A model generated the notes under the pieces. That model worked only from the letters and a program-made list of their open reading frames with translations. It did not search any database and had not been told where the DNA came from. Source: a virus (Duplodnaviria > Caudoviricetes). Taken from it: DNA of 41,680 bases. The stretch covers positions 1-41,680 of IMG/VR virus record IMGVR_UViG_3300037604_000083, one strand, 5' to 3'. Below, piece by piece: positions 17,120-26,425 of the stretch (within the stretch, counting starts at the first letter, position 1; each line of letters begins with the position of its first letter). A program made the translations under genes and the position numbers.

Positions 17120-18590
17120 CGTCCTCTATGTTTTTGTTACCCGCCATGCTGAACTTGGTCGGGTCCCAATCGAAATACATGCCTTTGCTGTTGAGCTTTT
17201 GCGCCCACTTTTCCCATGACTCGACCACTTTTTCCGGGTCGCGGCCACGCATTCTCACCATGTCGGGGTATGCCAGGGCGCCCAGGCGCATTTCCTCGCG
17301 CAGCGCCTGAATCTCTTTCGAGGGATCAAGCAGATCTCGGTGAGGGGCCGTCCAGTTGACCCTGACCGGCTGGTTGATGTCTGCCTTGAGTGCGATGCCA
17401 TCAAGAAACCACCTGAGCTCTGGCTTGCAGAGCTTGGGAATGACAATTTTCGCGCGCCAGCTGTCAATATTTCGGTAGAACGCCAGCCAACCCATGCGTC
17501 CGCTCAGAAAGTTGACGTTTTTCAGATCACCCGTGAGCTCCTCATAGGGAATACCGAACCCGGCCGCGATGGTGAGCAGCTGCGCTCTGTCAAAATCTGA
17601 AAGACCATCGACGCCCGGCGGGTTTGCAAAGCTGACCTCTTTACCAGGGGGCAGCGATTCAACGCGCCCTGGCTCAATCCTGTCCGATATGGGCTGGCCC
17701 TTGTTTGTCGTGTTACTGCCTGGCTCGGACTCGTGAACGAAAACAGCAAAACAGGCGGCGATTTTTTGACGCAGCTGGTAAGCGTCCCGCGTATCAGCGA
17801 GATCGCGAAGATCCGTCATGATCGGAGCGAACCAGGAAACCCCGTCCGACTGCCCGGGCCGATCCATGCGGAATGCGTGACTGAAATTGTCCGCATTGAT
17901 CCGCACACTATTGAATTGCTTGCGCACGCCCAGAAGATTGTCGCCAGGGTGAACGGTGTGCAGCCAGGCCGCTACCAGCTCACCCTGGTTGTTGTACTCT
18001 TTCCCGCCGATGATCGCGCCATTTTGTAGCGCCGCGTCCTGCGTGTGGTCCAGGTAATCCGGCTCCAGCAACTGCACCTGGTAGGGCAGCACATACTTGG
18101 CTTGCCGGCGGCGGCGGCGGCGAGAAATCACCGAACCACTTTCGACAATGGCACGAAAAGCCAGACCCTGCCGGGTGTAAAAGTTGCCTACCTCTTCGGC
18201 CCCGCTGCTCTCATCGTCGACGTGCTGCTCCCACAACTCCTCGATGCGACGTTCCAAGGCATCCGATCCGACTTCGAAGCCTGGGCGGACACCGGTGCCG
18301 ATCACATTTGCTTCAAGCGAATTGACCGCCTTGATCGCATGCCCGTTGTCACGAACCAGCTGGCGAGCACCGTTGCGCAGCGCAGCGGCACCCGCAAGCA
18401 CCTCTGTGCTGGCACTGGTGCCGGGCCGGAACCAGCCCTCTGTGCGCCGGCCCTTGCTGGCAGCCTCATAGGTGCGCACCGCCTCGCTTGCTGCCTTGTG
18501 CTGCAGAAACTCACGCTGTGCAGCGGCTCTGTTAGCCGCCCACCGCGGCGCCAGCGCCAGCAATGTGCGCTCAATTCGAGTGACAGCCAT
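17088..18590 (-). CDS. Portal protein, lambda family
   Basis: YEAA, RPGQ.DG, IAAGFGIPYE.LTGD...VNF.SGR, DP.KE. Confidence 0.95.
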   Translation of the reverse strand: MAVTRIERTLLALAPRWAANRAAAQREFLQHKAASEAVRTYEAASKGRRTEGWFRPGTSASTEVLAGAAALRNGARQLVRDNGHAIKAVNSLEANVIGTGVRPGFEVGSDALERRIEELWEQHVDDESSGAEEVGNFYTRQGLAFRAIVESGSVISRRRRRRQAKYVLPYQVQLLEPDYLDHTQDAALQNGAIIGGKEYNNQGELVAAWLHTVHPGDNLLGVRKQFNSVRINADNFSHAFRMDRPGQSDGVSWFAPIMTDLRDLADTRDAYQLRQKIAACFAVFVHESEPGSNTTNKGQPISDRIEPGRVESLPPGKEVSFANPPGVDGLSDFDRAQLLTIAAGFGIPYEELTGDLKNVNFLSGRMGWLAFYRNIDSWRAKIVIPKLCKPELRWFLDGIALKADINQPVRVNWTAPHRDLLDPSKEIQALREEMRLGALAYPDMVRMRGRDPEKVVESWEKWAQKLNSKGMYFDWDPTKFSMAGNKNIEDDDDDGNSQED

Positions 18591-18793
18591 TAGTTAAAAC
18601 CGCGTGAGTGGGTCGGATAGACCACGTTTTTGTGGGTCGGTGTCGTCAGCGAGCCCTTGATCTCGTTGATGATCTTTTTCATGTCATCAACTGAACGAAA
18701 CTCGAGCTTTGACCCGTCCGGAAGCCAAACGGTGGTGACGCCACGGGCGTACGCTGCCTCTAGCTCTGCAAGCTGTGTTTGCGTGTAGGCCAT
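18590..18793 (-). CDS. Head-tail joining protein (gpW-like)
   Basis: MAYTQTQL..LE.A...G...V.....FRSVDD, between terL and portal. Confidence 0.85.
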   Translation of the reverse strand: MAYTQTQLAELEAAYARGVTTVWLPDGSKLEFRSVDDMKKIINEIKGSLTTPTHKNVVYPTHSRGFN

Positions 18794-20772
18794 TACTTAT
18801 CCCAGTACGTGCTGCGGCGGAATGTCACGCCGTTCATTGTGCTTGTCTCTTCGTCGCGCCTTGGCGGCGACTCATAACCCAGCGACTCACGAAGTGCCGT
18901 CCACTCATCATCACCCCAACGATCGAGGCCTTTGATGGCCGCTGCGGCTCTTGCGTAATTTCGACAGTCAAGCGGTTCGTTACGCTCGACCAGCTTTTCC
19001 CACTGCATCACTGTGTAACCCGCCCGGTTCTTCTTGCGGGTCAGTTGCTCCGAACATAGTCCCCTGAAGTAGTCCTCACCATATTCAGGAAAATCGCACC
19101 AACCCGGGGGCAGGTCTTCGCCGCTCTCCTGGGTCGGCCTTTCCAGCTTCAAACACGAGTACAAATCGTTTTTCAGCAGGTTTGTGCCGAGCGTCCATAG
19201 CATGGCGCCACGCCTGATCTTGCGCCCCGATGCGGTGACATCAACAGGCTTTGGCACGCCGACCATCGTGACCTGCTTATCACTACCCTTGATCGCCGCG
19301 ACCTGCTGTGATGAAAACTCACGACAGAACGCGTAAACGACCTGCGTCTGGTCGCCAGAGTCAATGCACGTCAAAGCCGCCGGCACTTTCGCGCCGCTTT
19401 CATGCTCCCAGGTCTCACTGCGGATGATCTCTCGCAGTACCTGCCAGGGCCCATCTGGGCCAAGATCAGCGGTATCGCCAGGGATTACCCGGTAATCGAT
19501 GCTTTGCGAGCGCTTGCGCGGGCCCCAGCCGACTATTTCCAGTTCAAGGCGGCCCGGTGACCGCTGCACGTCGACCCCAATGGTGATCATGGCCACCCAT
19601 TCGGCAATGCGGTTCGTTTCGAACGCAGCACCGCGGGTCCGGTCATACAGCCGTTTCCAGTCGGGCGCCTCACCCTTCTCGCGCCACACTTCGCCGCGAG
19701 TCTGGTTGACCCAGGTTTGCAACTCGAGCGGGTTATCCTTGCGCGACAGAAAATCGCGCATGATGTCCGCCCAGGTGGTCATCGGGCTGTACGCCGACCA
19801 GATATGCAGCGCCACCCGCCGTGGCGTCGGTATCAAATCCCCGTTCTTGTCGAAAAACTCCAGACCGTCTTTTGTCGACACACCGGACTCAGGGTCCTGG
19901 TAAAAACAATCGGCCTGCGCCTCTTGCGATTGCCGGTAGTCAAAGTAAGCCCCGCAGCCCTCACAGGCATACTCGGTACTCTCTGGCACCCCTTCCTTGA
20001 GCATGTGCATGTTGTCAAAAACTAGATGCTGCGCATGCCCACAATGGGGGCACGGGATGTAGCACCGCAGCAAGCAGTCTGCCGAATTGGCACGGCTGCT
20101 GATCAGCGAGCGATTCTCTGTCGTTGGCGTGCTGCCGCTCACCAGCTTGCGGTAGTAACTGCCCTCGGTGCGCTTGTTGGCAAGGTGGTCCGGCCTGCCC
20201 TCGCCCTCGATGTTCTCGTCAAATCCGTCGAGCTCGTCCAGGTAGACGGTATCGACTGACTTTTCGCGATAATTCTTTGCCGAGGTGCCGCCCAGCACCC
20301 ACACCTGGCGTCGATTGTCGAACGTCTTGGCCTGGTTGGTGTTGCTGGGATGGCGCTTTCCAAACCACCCGGCGAGCATGCGCACTGGGCGCACGTCGCG
20401 AATCATCGGCTGGACATGGTCTTTCATAAAACCTTTTGCGCCGGCGTCGGTCGGCTGGTAGATGATCTGATTTCGGCGCTTGTGCTCTACCTGGTAGGCC
20501 ACGGACGCCATGATCATCTTTGTGTAACCGACCCGGGCACTTTTCAGTATGTCCAGCTCGTGTACTTCGTCGTTGCCCATGAGATTCATGGGGACGCGTT
20601 GAAACGGCCGAGTATGCCAGGGGCCCTCGACATACGAGGACTCTGCGGACATGAAAAAGTGCTGGTCTGCCCAGTCCGACAAGCTGACTGGAATCGGCCT
20701 TGACCAGATATCAACAGCAACCTGGCGGGCCCGTGACCAGTTATCCGCCTGTTTCTTCGATAAAATCGTCAA
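18793..20772 (-). CDS. Terminase large subunit (GpA family)
   Basis: KSARVGYTK, LDELD, GSTPT, GVDVQ, RNEPLDC; probable TTG start at 20772. Confidence 0.95.
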   Translation of the reverse strand: MTILSKKQADNWSRARQVAVDIWSRPIPVSLSDWADQHFFMSAESSYVEGPWHTRPFQRVPMNLMGNDEVHELDILKSARVGYTKMIMASVAYQVEHKRRNQIIYQPTDAGAKGFMKDHVQPMIRDVRPVRMLAGWFGKRHPSNTNQAKTFDNRRQVWVLGGTSAKNYREKSVDTVYLDELDGFDENIEGEGRPDHLANKRTEGSYYRKLVSGSTPTTENRSLISSRANSADCLLRCYIPCPHCGHAQHLVFDNMHMLKEGVPESTEYACEGCGAYFDYRQSQEAQADCFYQDPESGVSTKDGLEFFDKNGDLIPTPRRVALHIWSAYSPMTTWADIMRDFLSRKDNPLELQTWVNQTRGEVWREKGEAPDWKRLYDRTRGAAFETNRIAEWVAMITIGVDVQRSPGRLELEIVGWGPRKRSQSIDYRVIPGDTADLGPDGPWQVLREIIRSETWEHESGAKVPAALTCIDSGDQTQVVYAFCREFSSQQVAAIKGSDKQVTMVGVPKPVDVTASGRKIRRGAMLWTLGTNLLKNDLYSCLKLERPTQESGEDLPPGWCDFPEYGEDYFRGLCSEQLTRKKNRAGYTVMQWEKLVERNEPLDCRNYARAAAAIKGLDRWGDDEWTALRESLGYESPPRRDEETSTMNGVTFRRSTYWDK

Positions 20773-21322
20773 GCGACTCTTCCAGCCATTCTCTATCCGA
20801 CAACTGGGAGACACTGTCCAGCGCGGTGGCCGTGATGGCCTTTACCTTTTCGACCTCCTTGGGCTTGAGATTGAGCTTGCGCATCATTTCGACAGGCAGC
20901 GAGTCAATCATGCCGACCAGCACAGACGCGGTTTTCGAGAATACCCACGCGTGCCATTCAAACGGTGCGACCTCATGCCGCGCCATTTCGTTTTTCATCT
21001 CCTGGGCTTCTGCCTGCGCTTCGAGCAATCGAACGCGCCGCTTTTCGACTTCCAGTTTTACAATGTTGGCGTCGTCCGGCAGCTGGTCAGGTGACGCAGT
21101 CTTTGCCAGATCTGCCTGAATCTCCCTTCTCAGCTCACGCTCGAGCTCGCGGCGCACACGGGCCCGATAAATCTTGAGAACGTCCTGGAGCGCATAAAGA
21201 TTCTGGCGCCCCTTCGTCCCTCGGACCGGCACCTTCCAGTCTTGAAAGGCCCTCTGCGAAATGCCGATACTTTCGGCGCACTGCCGCCCATTAAGTAACG
21301 CGTCCTCTCTGACTTCTGCCAT
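20741..21322 (-). CDS. Terminase small subunit (Nu1-like)
   Basis: N-terminal wHTH, coiled coil AQAEAQEMKN, upstream of terL. Confidence 0.88.
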   Translation of the reverse strand: MAEVREDALLNGRQCAESIGISQRAFQDWKVPVRGTKGRQNLYALQDVLKIYRARVRRELERELRREIQADLAKTASPDQLPDDANIVKLEVEKRRVRLLEAQAEAQEMKNEMARHEVAPFEWHAWVFSKTASVLVGMIDSLPVEMMRKLNLKPKEVEKVKAITATALDSVSQLSDREWLEESLDDFIEETGG

Positions 21323-21344
21323 TGCCTGACCGGTAGTCTTGATG

Positions 21345-21460
21345 ATGAAGAACCTTGACCCCCCGAACCCCCAAAAAATAGAGAAGTTCCGCGGAGCCCG
21401 CCACCCGTACGCTCAGGCCCAAATCGGAGTACCTTTGCAGGGGGTACGGGGTACGGGTTC
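21345..21460. other. Probable cos/packaging initiation region
   Basis: Non-coding GC-rich stretch upstream of terS, the lambdoid cos position; GGGGTAC repeated; exact cut site not determined. Confidence 0.4.
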
Positions 21461-21466
21461 AATTAT

Positions 21467-21694
21467 CTATACTTCGGTGCGCTTGCCAGCCGGTGGACGC
21501 GATCGCGGTGCACTATCGACATCAGATTCGTGCCACCACCCGACGGACATGCCCCCGGGCGTCTTAATGTCGTACCAGGTGCCCGCTGTGTTGACGTAAT
21601 AGCCCGCAATCACACCCGATTCGTTGAGGTGTCGGTTTCGAATCTTCGCGCCGAGCTGTAGCGCCGCATCTTGCTTGTCAGCCTTGCCTGCCAT
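21467..21694 (-). CDS. Hypothetical protein
   Basis: GGAG RBS, 75 aa. Confidence 0.6.
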   Translation of the reverse strand: MAGKADKQDAALQLGAKIRNRHLNESGVIAGYYVNTAGTWYDIKTPGGMSVGWWHESDVDSAPRSRPPAGKRTEV

Positions 21695-21761
21695 TGCCTG
21701 TCTCCATTGCTATGCCTCAGCCCTGTAACGACTGAGGGGTTATCCGTTGGGCTGCTCTTTG

Positions 21762-22208
21762 TCAGCCGCAGTCTGCCTGCACAATATTGAGGTAATGATC
21801 GCCCTTGCCGATCTCTTGCAAGAGGCGCTCCATCGCATTCCTGGACCTGCCTACAGCCCACTGCCCAGCCAGTGACGTCAAGACCTCGCCCACGCCGACA
21901 CAGCCGCGCACATCTGCGGATGTATTAGCGACGTGGAAAGCACACCGAGTGCGTGCCTTCGCGCTCTCGTGCAGCGCGCTGACCGTATCGCCCTCGAGAT
22001 ACCAGGTGTGTCCTCCGTAGCTGGCAGGGACATTGGTGGTCGTTGGCTGCCACAACAGCAGGTACTCGCCCAACGGCACACAGGACTGCCCTTTGCGGTT
22101 GTCATTCCAGATCTGCTCGATGGTATAGAAAACCTGGTCACCCGCAGTGATATCTCCAAAAACGCCGTAAGGTGTTGAGCCGTAGCGCGTGAGTGTAAGC
22201 AGCATCAC
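21762..22208 (-). CDS. DUF5675-like protein, candidate endolysin
   Basis: YTIE..W.DN....SCVP.GEY and H.AN...D..GC..VG motifs; follows a holin-like gene. Confidence 0.75.
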   Translation of the reverse strand: MMLLTLTRYGSTPYGVFGDITAGDQVFYTIEQIWNDNRKGQSCVPLGEYLLLWQPTTTNVPASYGGHTWYLEGDTVSALHESAKARTRCAFHVANTSADVRGCVGVGEVLTSLAGQWAVGRSRNAMERLLQEIGKGDHYLNIVQADCG

Positions 22209-22714
22209 TTGATCGCCATCTGAGCAGTCTTCTGTTTGGAGCCCTCGCTACTTCCAAACCAGAAATTGAGTATCTGGGCGATGGCCCCGGACAGAATGCC
22301 CAGCATGTAGATGGCCGTATCCCGCATACTTTCGTGTATAGCGTTTTCGCCGCTGAATACCGTTGTGATAATCCAGCCAAAGGCGATGACAAACACAGCA
22401 GACAGTATGGCCTGCACTGCAATGCCTTTCGTTTTGGCCAGTCCCCTTGCGGAGTCCCTGTCCTGAGCATTGATGCGCTCAAGATCAATATCGAGCCGCC
22501 GCATCTCTACCTTGAAGTCTTGCTCAGCTTTTTTCAGAGCCGCCATGACTTCAGGTTTACCGGATGTGATCGCAGCTATAAGGTCATCCTCACCACCATC
22601 GATGCCGAGCGCATCCAAGGCGACCGACACAGCGACACCCGCGACCGGCGTACCCAACGCACTCGCAATGACAGGCGCTACAGTTTTGAGAGTTTCTTTC
22701 CAGTCGAAGCTCAT
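22205..22714 (-). CDS. Holin-like membrane protein
   Basis: DRDSAR, two C-terminal TM helices, FWFGSS. Confidence 0.7.
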   Translation of the reverse strand: MSFDWKETLKTVAPVIASALGTPVAGVAVSVALDALGIDGGEDDLIAAITSGKPEVMAALKKAEQDFKVEMRRLDIDLERINAQDRDSARGLAKTKGIAVQAILSAVFVIAFGWIITTVFSGENAIHESMRDTAIYMLGILSGAIAQILNFWFGSSEGSKQKTAQMAIK

Positions 22715-22739
22715 AGCACCCGCTCCCATCTTTTAGTCA

Positions 22740-23042
22740 TCACCCCACCCTCTCAGCGGCCTGAAGGGAGAACTTCCAGAAACCCTTTGTGCTGCCAGAT
22801 ATCGCCGTGACCCACGCTGTATAGTCCCCCGTCGCGAGCGGCAGAGTGTCTTCAAAGGCCACCCGATAGGTGCCGTCACCAACGTGCGCCATTGCAAGAT
22901 CGACCACACCTGTCACGTTCTGATTGTCGCTATCCTTAAGAGTGACCGTGACCGTCGCGCCCGTGACAGCGGCGCCCGTAAGCGCGTCCTTCAGAGCACG
23001 AAGCTCGAAGATCATGTCGTTGTCGATGTATAGAACTTTCAT
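22740..23042 (-). CDS. Ig-like putative virion protein
   Basis: AVTGATVTVTL...GTY...GDY beta-sandwich pattern. Confidence 0.55.
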   Translation of the reverse strand: MKVLYIDNDMIFELRALKDALTGAAVTGATVTVTLKDSDNQNVTGVVDLAMAHVGDGTYRVAFEDTLPLATGDYTAWVTAISGSTKGFWKFSLQAAERVG

Positions 23043-23314
23043 CGCGTACAGTCATACAGCCGAGGCAGGCCGCCCAGTGAGAGTGAGGCCAACGCCGTGG
23101 CATCGAGCGTGATGCCGGCAGCCATGGCGCCAGACAATGCCGGCGAAGCGTCGAACTCGGCATTCAGTAGTTGTGTTACATGAAGCTCTGCTGTGAATCT
23201 CGTTGTGATTTCGACGCCGGTCGAACAAAATTGACCGACGGTCTCGACAATCTCACCCGCGAACAACCAATAGGCGTTATTTGCAATGGCGCTTGCAGCA
23301 ATGCCCTGGCTCAT
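23039..23314 (-). CDS. Hypothetical putative virion protein
   Basis: ATGA-coupled on both sides. Confidence 0.55.
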   Translation of the reverse strand: MSQGIAASAIANNAYWLFAGEIVETVGQFCSTGVEITTRFTAELHVTQLLNAEFDASPALSGAMAAGITLDATALASLSLGGLPRLYDCTR

Positions 23315-24960
23315 GACGATATTTTTACCGTGCCGTTATCGTTCCAAAAAACATTGGGGTCTGTTGGCTGCGACGTTGGCAACGATGCCGTCATGTTGCC
23401 ACCTAGAACAGTAAAGCCGTTAAAGTAGGCTGCGATTCGGTCATAACGTATGATGGGAATTCCCAGAAATACGCCGTTTGTGTTAAAAACGCCGGCGATG
23501 TTGGCGTGCCCTGTTACGTCGAGGGTTCCGGCCACTGTCGCATCGCCCCCGATATCCAAATCTTTAGCGGTAGCAACGTCCTCAGTAAATAGCATTTCGC
23601 GCAAAAAGAAGGCGACGCCGGTTGCCAAGTAATTGCTAACCATCCAGGGCGTAACGATGTCGTCATCCCAATCAAGGTCAGCGGCAATACCGCTGAATAT
23701 GTAAGTGATTTCTTTCCAGCGTGCCACGCCGCCGCCGGTGTTGTTGTTCGTGCAAACAAATATTTTTTCGGTGGTGGTGTTTATCCAGAGACTTCCCCGG
23801 CTGTAACCCCTAAAAATGCCGTCCCCGCCTGCAGGGTCGACTGTGGCGTTCAAATTGTTCTGGCGCGTCGTCGGTGTATCCTTAGTGCCCAGGCCAGCAA
23901 TGTAACGATCTGCTGTATCACGCCCGAGGCGGTTGTCGTCGTCGCCTGCGTAATGATAAGCATCGACCTTGCTATATCCCCGCGTGGAAATGCACCGCAA
24001 ATCATTGGCCGTGGCCTGGTCTACCAGTTTGTGCCCTTCAAAATCCGGAAAAAATCCAGCGGCCGACTCCATAAGTAACCATTGCGCTTTACCCTTGCCG
24101 CCGAACTTGGTTTCGAAGTTGTTTTTTACCGCTAGAAAGTTGTCGCGGTATTCGATTGCACTCGTGTCGTTGATTGCTTCCGTGCCGCCCTGACTCACAT
24201 ACCAAATGTGCGGATAATCAACGTCCGCCAGTTCTGGCGATGCCAGGGCCTGCGCGTAGACCGCCGAAAGTGAAACTTCGAACGGTGCATCTTTCATGAA
24301 GCCAGTGATGGGCTCGCCACCGCGGCCGCCGCCGACCATATGCACGATACAGCCTGTTACGCGCTGCAATCGGTCGCAAAATGCCCAAAACGAATTTGCA
24401 TATCCATCGCCCTGCAGCCCGATGATGTAATTCGGCTCGGTTCGATCAAAATTTGTTACCCGGTTCGGGTCAGCTACTTGCCAGCTATACGTTGTGGGGT
24501 TGTTAACATCGGGCGTTTGCATTTCAAAAACAAACGGGTTTGCTACCATTGGGGTTGCAGCCTGCGAGAAGCCCACGAAGTTGCTTTGACCCCAGCCAAA
24601 AACAAGAATTTTGCCGCCAGGCTTAACCTCTCGGTTAGGAAAATACTTAAACAGGTCGTCCGCATTAAACGTCACTGTGACGATCTTGTTGCCAGCCGAA
24701 AAGTTAACCAGGTTGCCGCTGTTGCTTGAGGTTTCAACTGTGCCGGTTGCCCGCTCCAGCACCGTGCCGCTGGAACTCACTGCACACACACCCGTCTCGA
24801 ACTGAACGGGCGGCGCCTCAGACTCTATCCGATACGCAACAATAGTGCCGTTAGGGATGCCTGACATGCTGCCAGCACGCTCCCAGGTGCCGGAGATCGT
24901 CGCGTTACCCGTTCCCGTGACCGTTGTGCGCCCGCCTCGATTGTTGTACAGCGTCGGCAT
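23311..24960 (-). CDS. Fibre-like protein with SGNH/sialate O-acetylesterase-like domain
   Basis: N-terminal fibre anchor (TTVTGTG...SSNSGNLVNFSAG.K); GQSN, QG and DxxH (DAYH) motifs. Confidence 0.75.
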   Translation of the reverse strand: MPTLYNNRGGRTTVTGTGNATISGTWERAGSMSGIPNGTIVAYRIESEAPPVQFETGVCAVSSSGTVLERATGTVETSSNSGNLVNFSAGNKIVTVTFNADDLFKYFPNREVKPGGKILVFGWGQSNFVGFSQAATPMVANPFVFEMQTPDVNNPTTYSWQVADPNRVTNFDRTEPNYIIGLQGDGYANSFWAFCDRLQRVTGCIVHMVGGGRGGEPITGFMKDAPFEVSLSAVYAQALASPELADVDYPHIWYVSQGGTEAINDTSAIEYRDNFLAVKNNFETKFGGKGKAQWLLMESAAGFFPDFEGHKLVDQATANDLRCISTRGYSKVDAYHYAGDDDNRLGRDTADRYIAGLGTKDTPTTRQNNLNATVDPAGGDGIFRGYSRGSLWINTTTEKIFVCTNNNTGGGVARWKEITYIFSGIAADLDWDDDIVTPWMVSNYLATGVAFFLREMLFTEDVATAKDLDIGGDATVAGTLDVTGHANIAGVFNTNGVFLGIPIIRYDRIAAYFNGFTVLGGNMTASLPTSQPTDPNVFWNDNGTVKISS

Positions 24961-24964
24961 AACC

Positions 24965-25597
24965 TTACTCGGTAAATGACATTGATAGGCCCTTCAGCCG
25001 CCCGACCATAAGCCTGCACGCGGTCAGCGTTTCTTCGTCGAACCCATCTGGGTGGTGTGTGGCGAAAGAAACATACTCGATCGCCCGGCTCTCTGTGCCC
25101 GGCACGTGATAGCTTGCCAGGTGCGCCCAAAGCGAATCAGTGACGCCCTCTCGCTTGTAGATGCTTGCCGCGAGCGAGTCGTCTGACAGTTTGTTAACCT
25201 CAAATCGCTTGTAACCGCTGCTCACTACACTGCGCAGCTTGTCGATATAGTCAGTATCCAGCTCGACGTGTATATACAACATCGGCGTCTGTCCGACCTC
25301 CCGGATCTGGTGAACCGCGGTCGTCCACTGCGGCGATAGCTCGCCATTCCAAGCCCGTAGTACCATGAAACGGTCAAGCCGCGTTTTGTCGATCGCGTCG
25401 GTCACCATCTCGCTGATTTCTGCCCACTCACCGACTAGCTCAGTAAACCGCAATGCAGCGCGCTGAAAAGTCACCTCGTTTTCAGCCTGAGTTCTGCCTG
25501 CCCGCTCTATCTTCAACTTAAGCCAAGCGATTCCGGCAGTGAGAAATATGCCGATAACGCTGCCAATCGCGGTTAGCATTTCGGCACTCATAAACAT
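24965..25597 (-). CDS. Single-TM protein with soluble GAF-like domain (possible T4 T-like holin)
   Basis: First late gene; N-terminal TM followed by an alpha/beta domain; function inferred. Confidence 0.6.
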   Translation of the reverse strand: MFMSAEMLTAIGSVIGIFLTAGIAWLKLKIERAGRTQAENEVTFQRAALRFTELVGEWAEISEMVTDAIDKTRLDRFMVLRAWNGELSPQWTTAVHQIREVGQTPMLYIHVELDTDYIDKLRSVVSSGYKRFEVNKLSDDSLAASIYKREGVTDSLWAHLASYHVPGTESRAIEYVSFATHHPDGFDEETLTACRLMVGRLKGLSMSFTE

Positions 25598-25606
25598 CCG
25601 TATCGT

Positions 25607-25643
25607 AAAAAGCCCGCACGGCGTATGCAGTCGCCGGCGGGCT
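25607..25643 (-). terminator. Late-leader terminator 3
   Basis: AGCCCGC...GCGGGCT-TTTT with inner CGGCG/CGCCG stem. Confidence 0.6.
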
Positions 25644-25688
25644 ATCATCAGGCCGCCCGCCCTTCCCAAGGCACGTACCTAATTCATT

Positions 25689-25725
25689 AAAAGAAAAAAG
25701 CCCGGCGGTATTCCGGTAGCCGGGC
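25689..25725 (-). terminator. Late-leader terminator 2
   Basis: GCCCGGC-N12-GCCGGGC followed by a long T tract. Confidence 0.75.
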
Positions 25726-25826
25726 AAGGTCCTGGGTGTGGCAGGATTTAGGACCGGCAGCGGTCTCGACCTTTCGCGTAGTTCGCTCTGTGGTTTGAGT
25801 CGGAGACTTGCCGGTATTTCGGGCAC

Positions 25827-25852
25827 AAAAAAACCCGCTCAAAGGCGGGTTT
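25827..25852 (-). terminator. tR'-like terminator 1
   Basis: AAACCCGC-CTTTGA-GCGGGTTTTTTT. Confidence 0.8.
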
Positions 25853-25889
25853 ACAGATGCTTTAGGGGCAAAGCCCCAGATTTCCATAA

Positions 25890-25918
25890 AATCTACGCTT
25901 TCACTCCGGAGTTGTCAA
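25890..25918 (-). promoter_or_regulatory. Late promoter pR'-like
   Basis: TTGACA-N17-TAGATT overlapping the Q stop codon. Confidence 0.8.
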
Positions 25919-26280
25919 CAGTGTTCCGGGTGCATTATGTAATCGATCGCGGTTTCTGCGCTCGCCAATAACCTGGCTGTGGTTTCGTAGGACTCGTTGA
26001 TTCTTGCTCTCACTCTGTATAACGGCATGCCCTCCAGGTAGTACAGGACCAGCACTGTGCCCTGGTCCTCGCAGCGTGACATCAATCGACACACTGCCCT
26101 GTCCACCCGCTCAGCCTGCTCGGTGTCAATTGCAGCTGAGGGCAGAGAGCTGCCCAGCAACCGCCTGAAGGGAGTCTGGCTGGGATATCCCTTCGCCTCA
26201 CCAGATTCTATCTTGCGCCACCTGGCCCACTCTGCGAGCAGCCACTGTACCTGTGTCGTCTGTGTCATTGGTTGCCCCAT
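25915..26280 (-). CDS. Antitermination protein Q
   Basis: LLAEWARW...GYP...VDRAV..L...LVLYY; immediately upstream of pR' and tR'. Confidence 0.85.
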   Translation of the reverse strand: MGQPMTQTTQVQWLLAEWARWRKIESGEAKGYPSQTPFRRLLGSSLPSAAIDTEQAERVDRAVCRLMSRCEDQGTVLVLYYLEGMPLYRVRARINESYETTARLLASAETAIDYIMHPEHC

Positions 26281-26302
26281 GCTTACACTCCGAATTGCCT
26301 TT

Positions 26303-26407
26303 TTATATGCTGCAGCTGATACCTATGCCCGCCAAAACCAGCAGTGCGCCAACAAAGACGATGGCAATAATGGTGCCGACGATTACCAGTGTTTCCATAT
26401 TGCCCAT
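26303..26407 (-). CDS. Small single-TM peptide (34 aa)
   Basis: GGAGG RBS; MGNMETLVIVGTIIAIVFVGALLVLAGIGISCSI. Confidence 0.55.
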   Translation of the reverse strand: MGNMETLVIVGTIIAIVFVGALLVLAGIGISCSI

Positions 26408-26425
26408 CACCCACCCTCCGCAGCG

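Noticed and set aside
25600-25665. CTGATGA on the minus strand suggesting a hammerhead ribozyme
   Set aside because: The following stem is not closed by GAAA and ends in a T tract; better explained as a terminator
25735-25820. tRNA-like GGCAGGATTT start or c-di-GMP riboswitch-like sequence
   Set aside because: No TTCRA T-loop or cloverleaf, and the GEMM consensus is not matched
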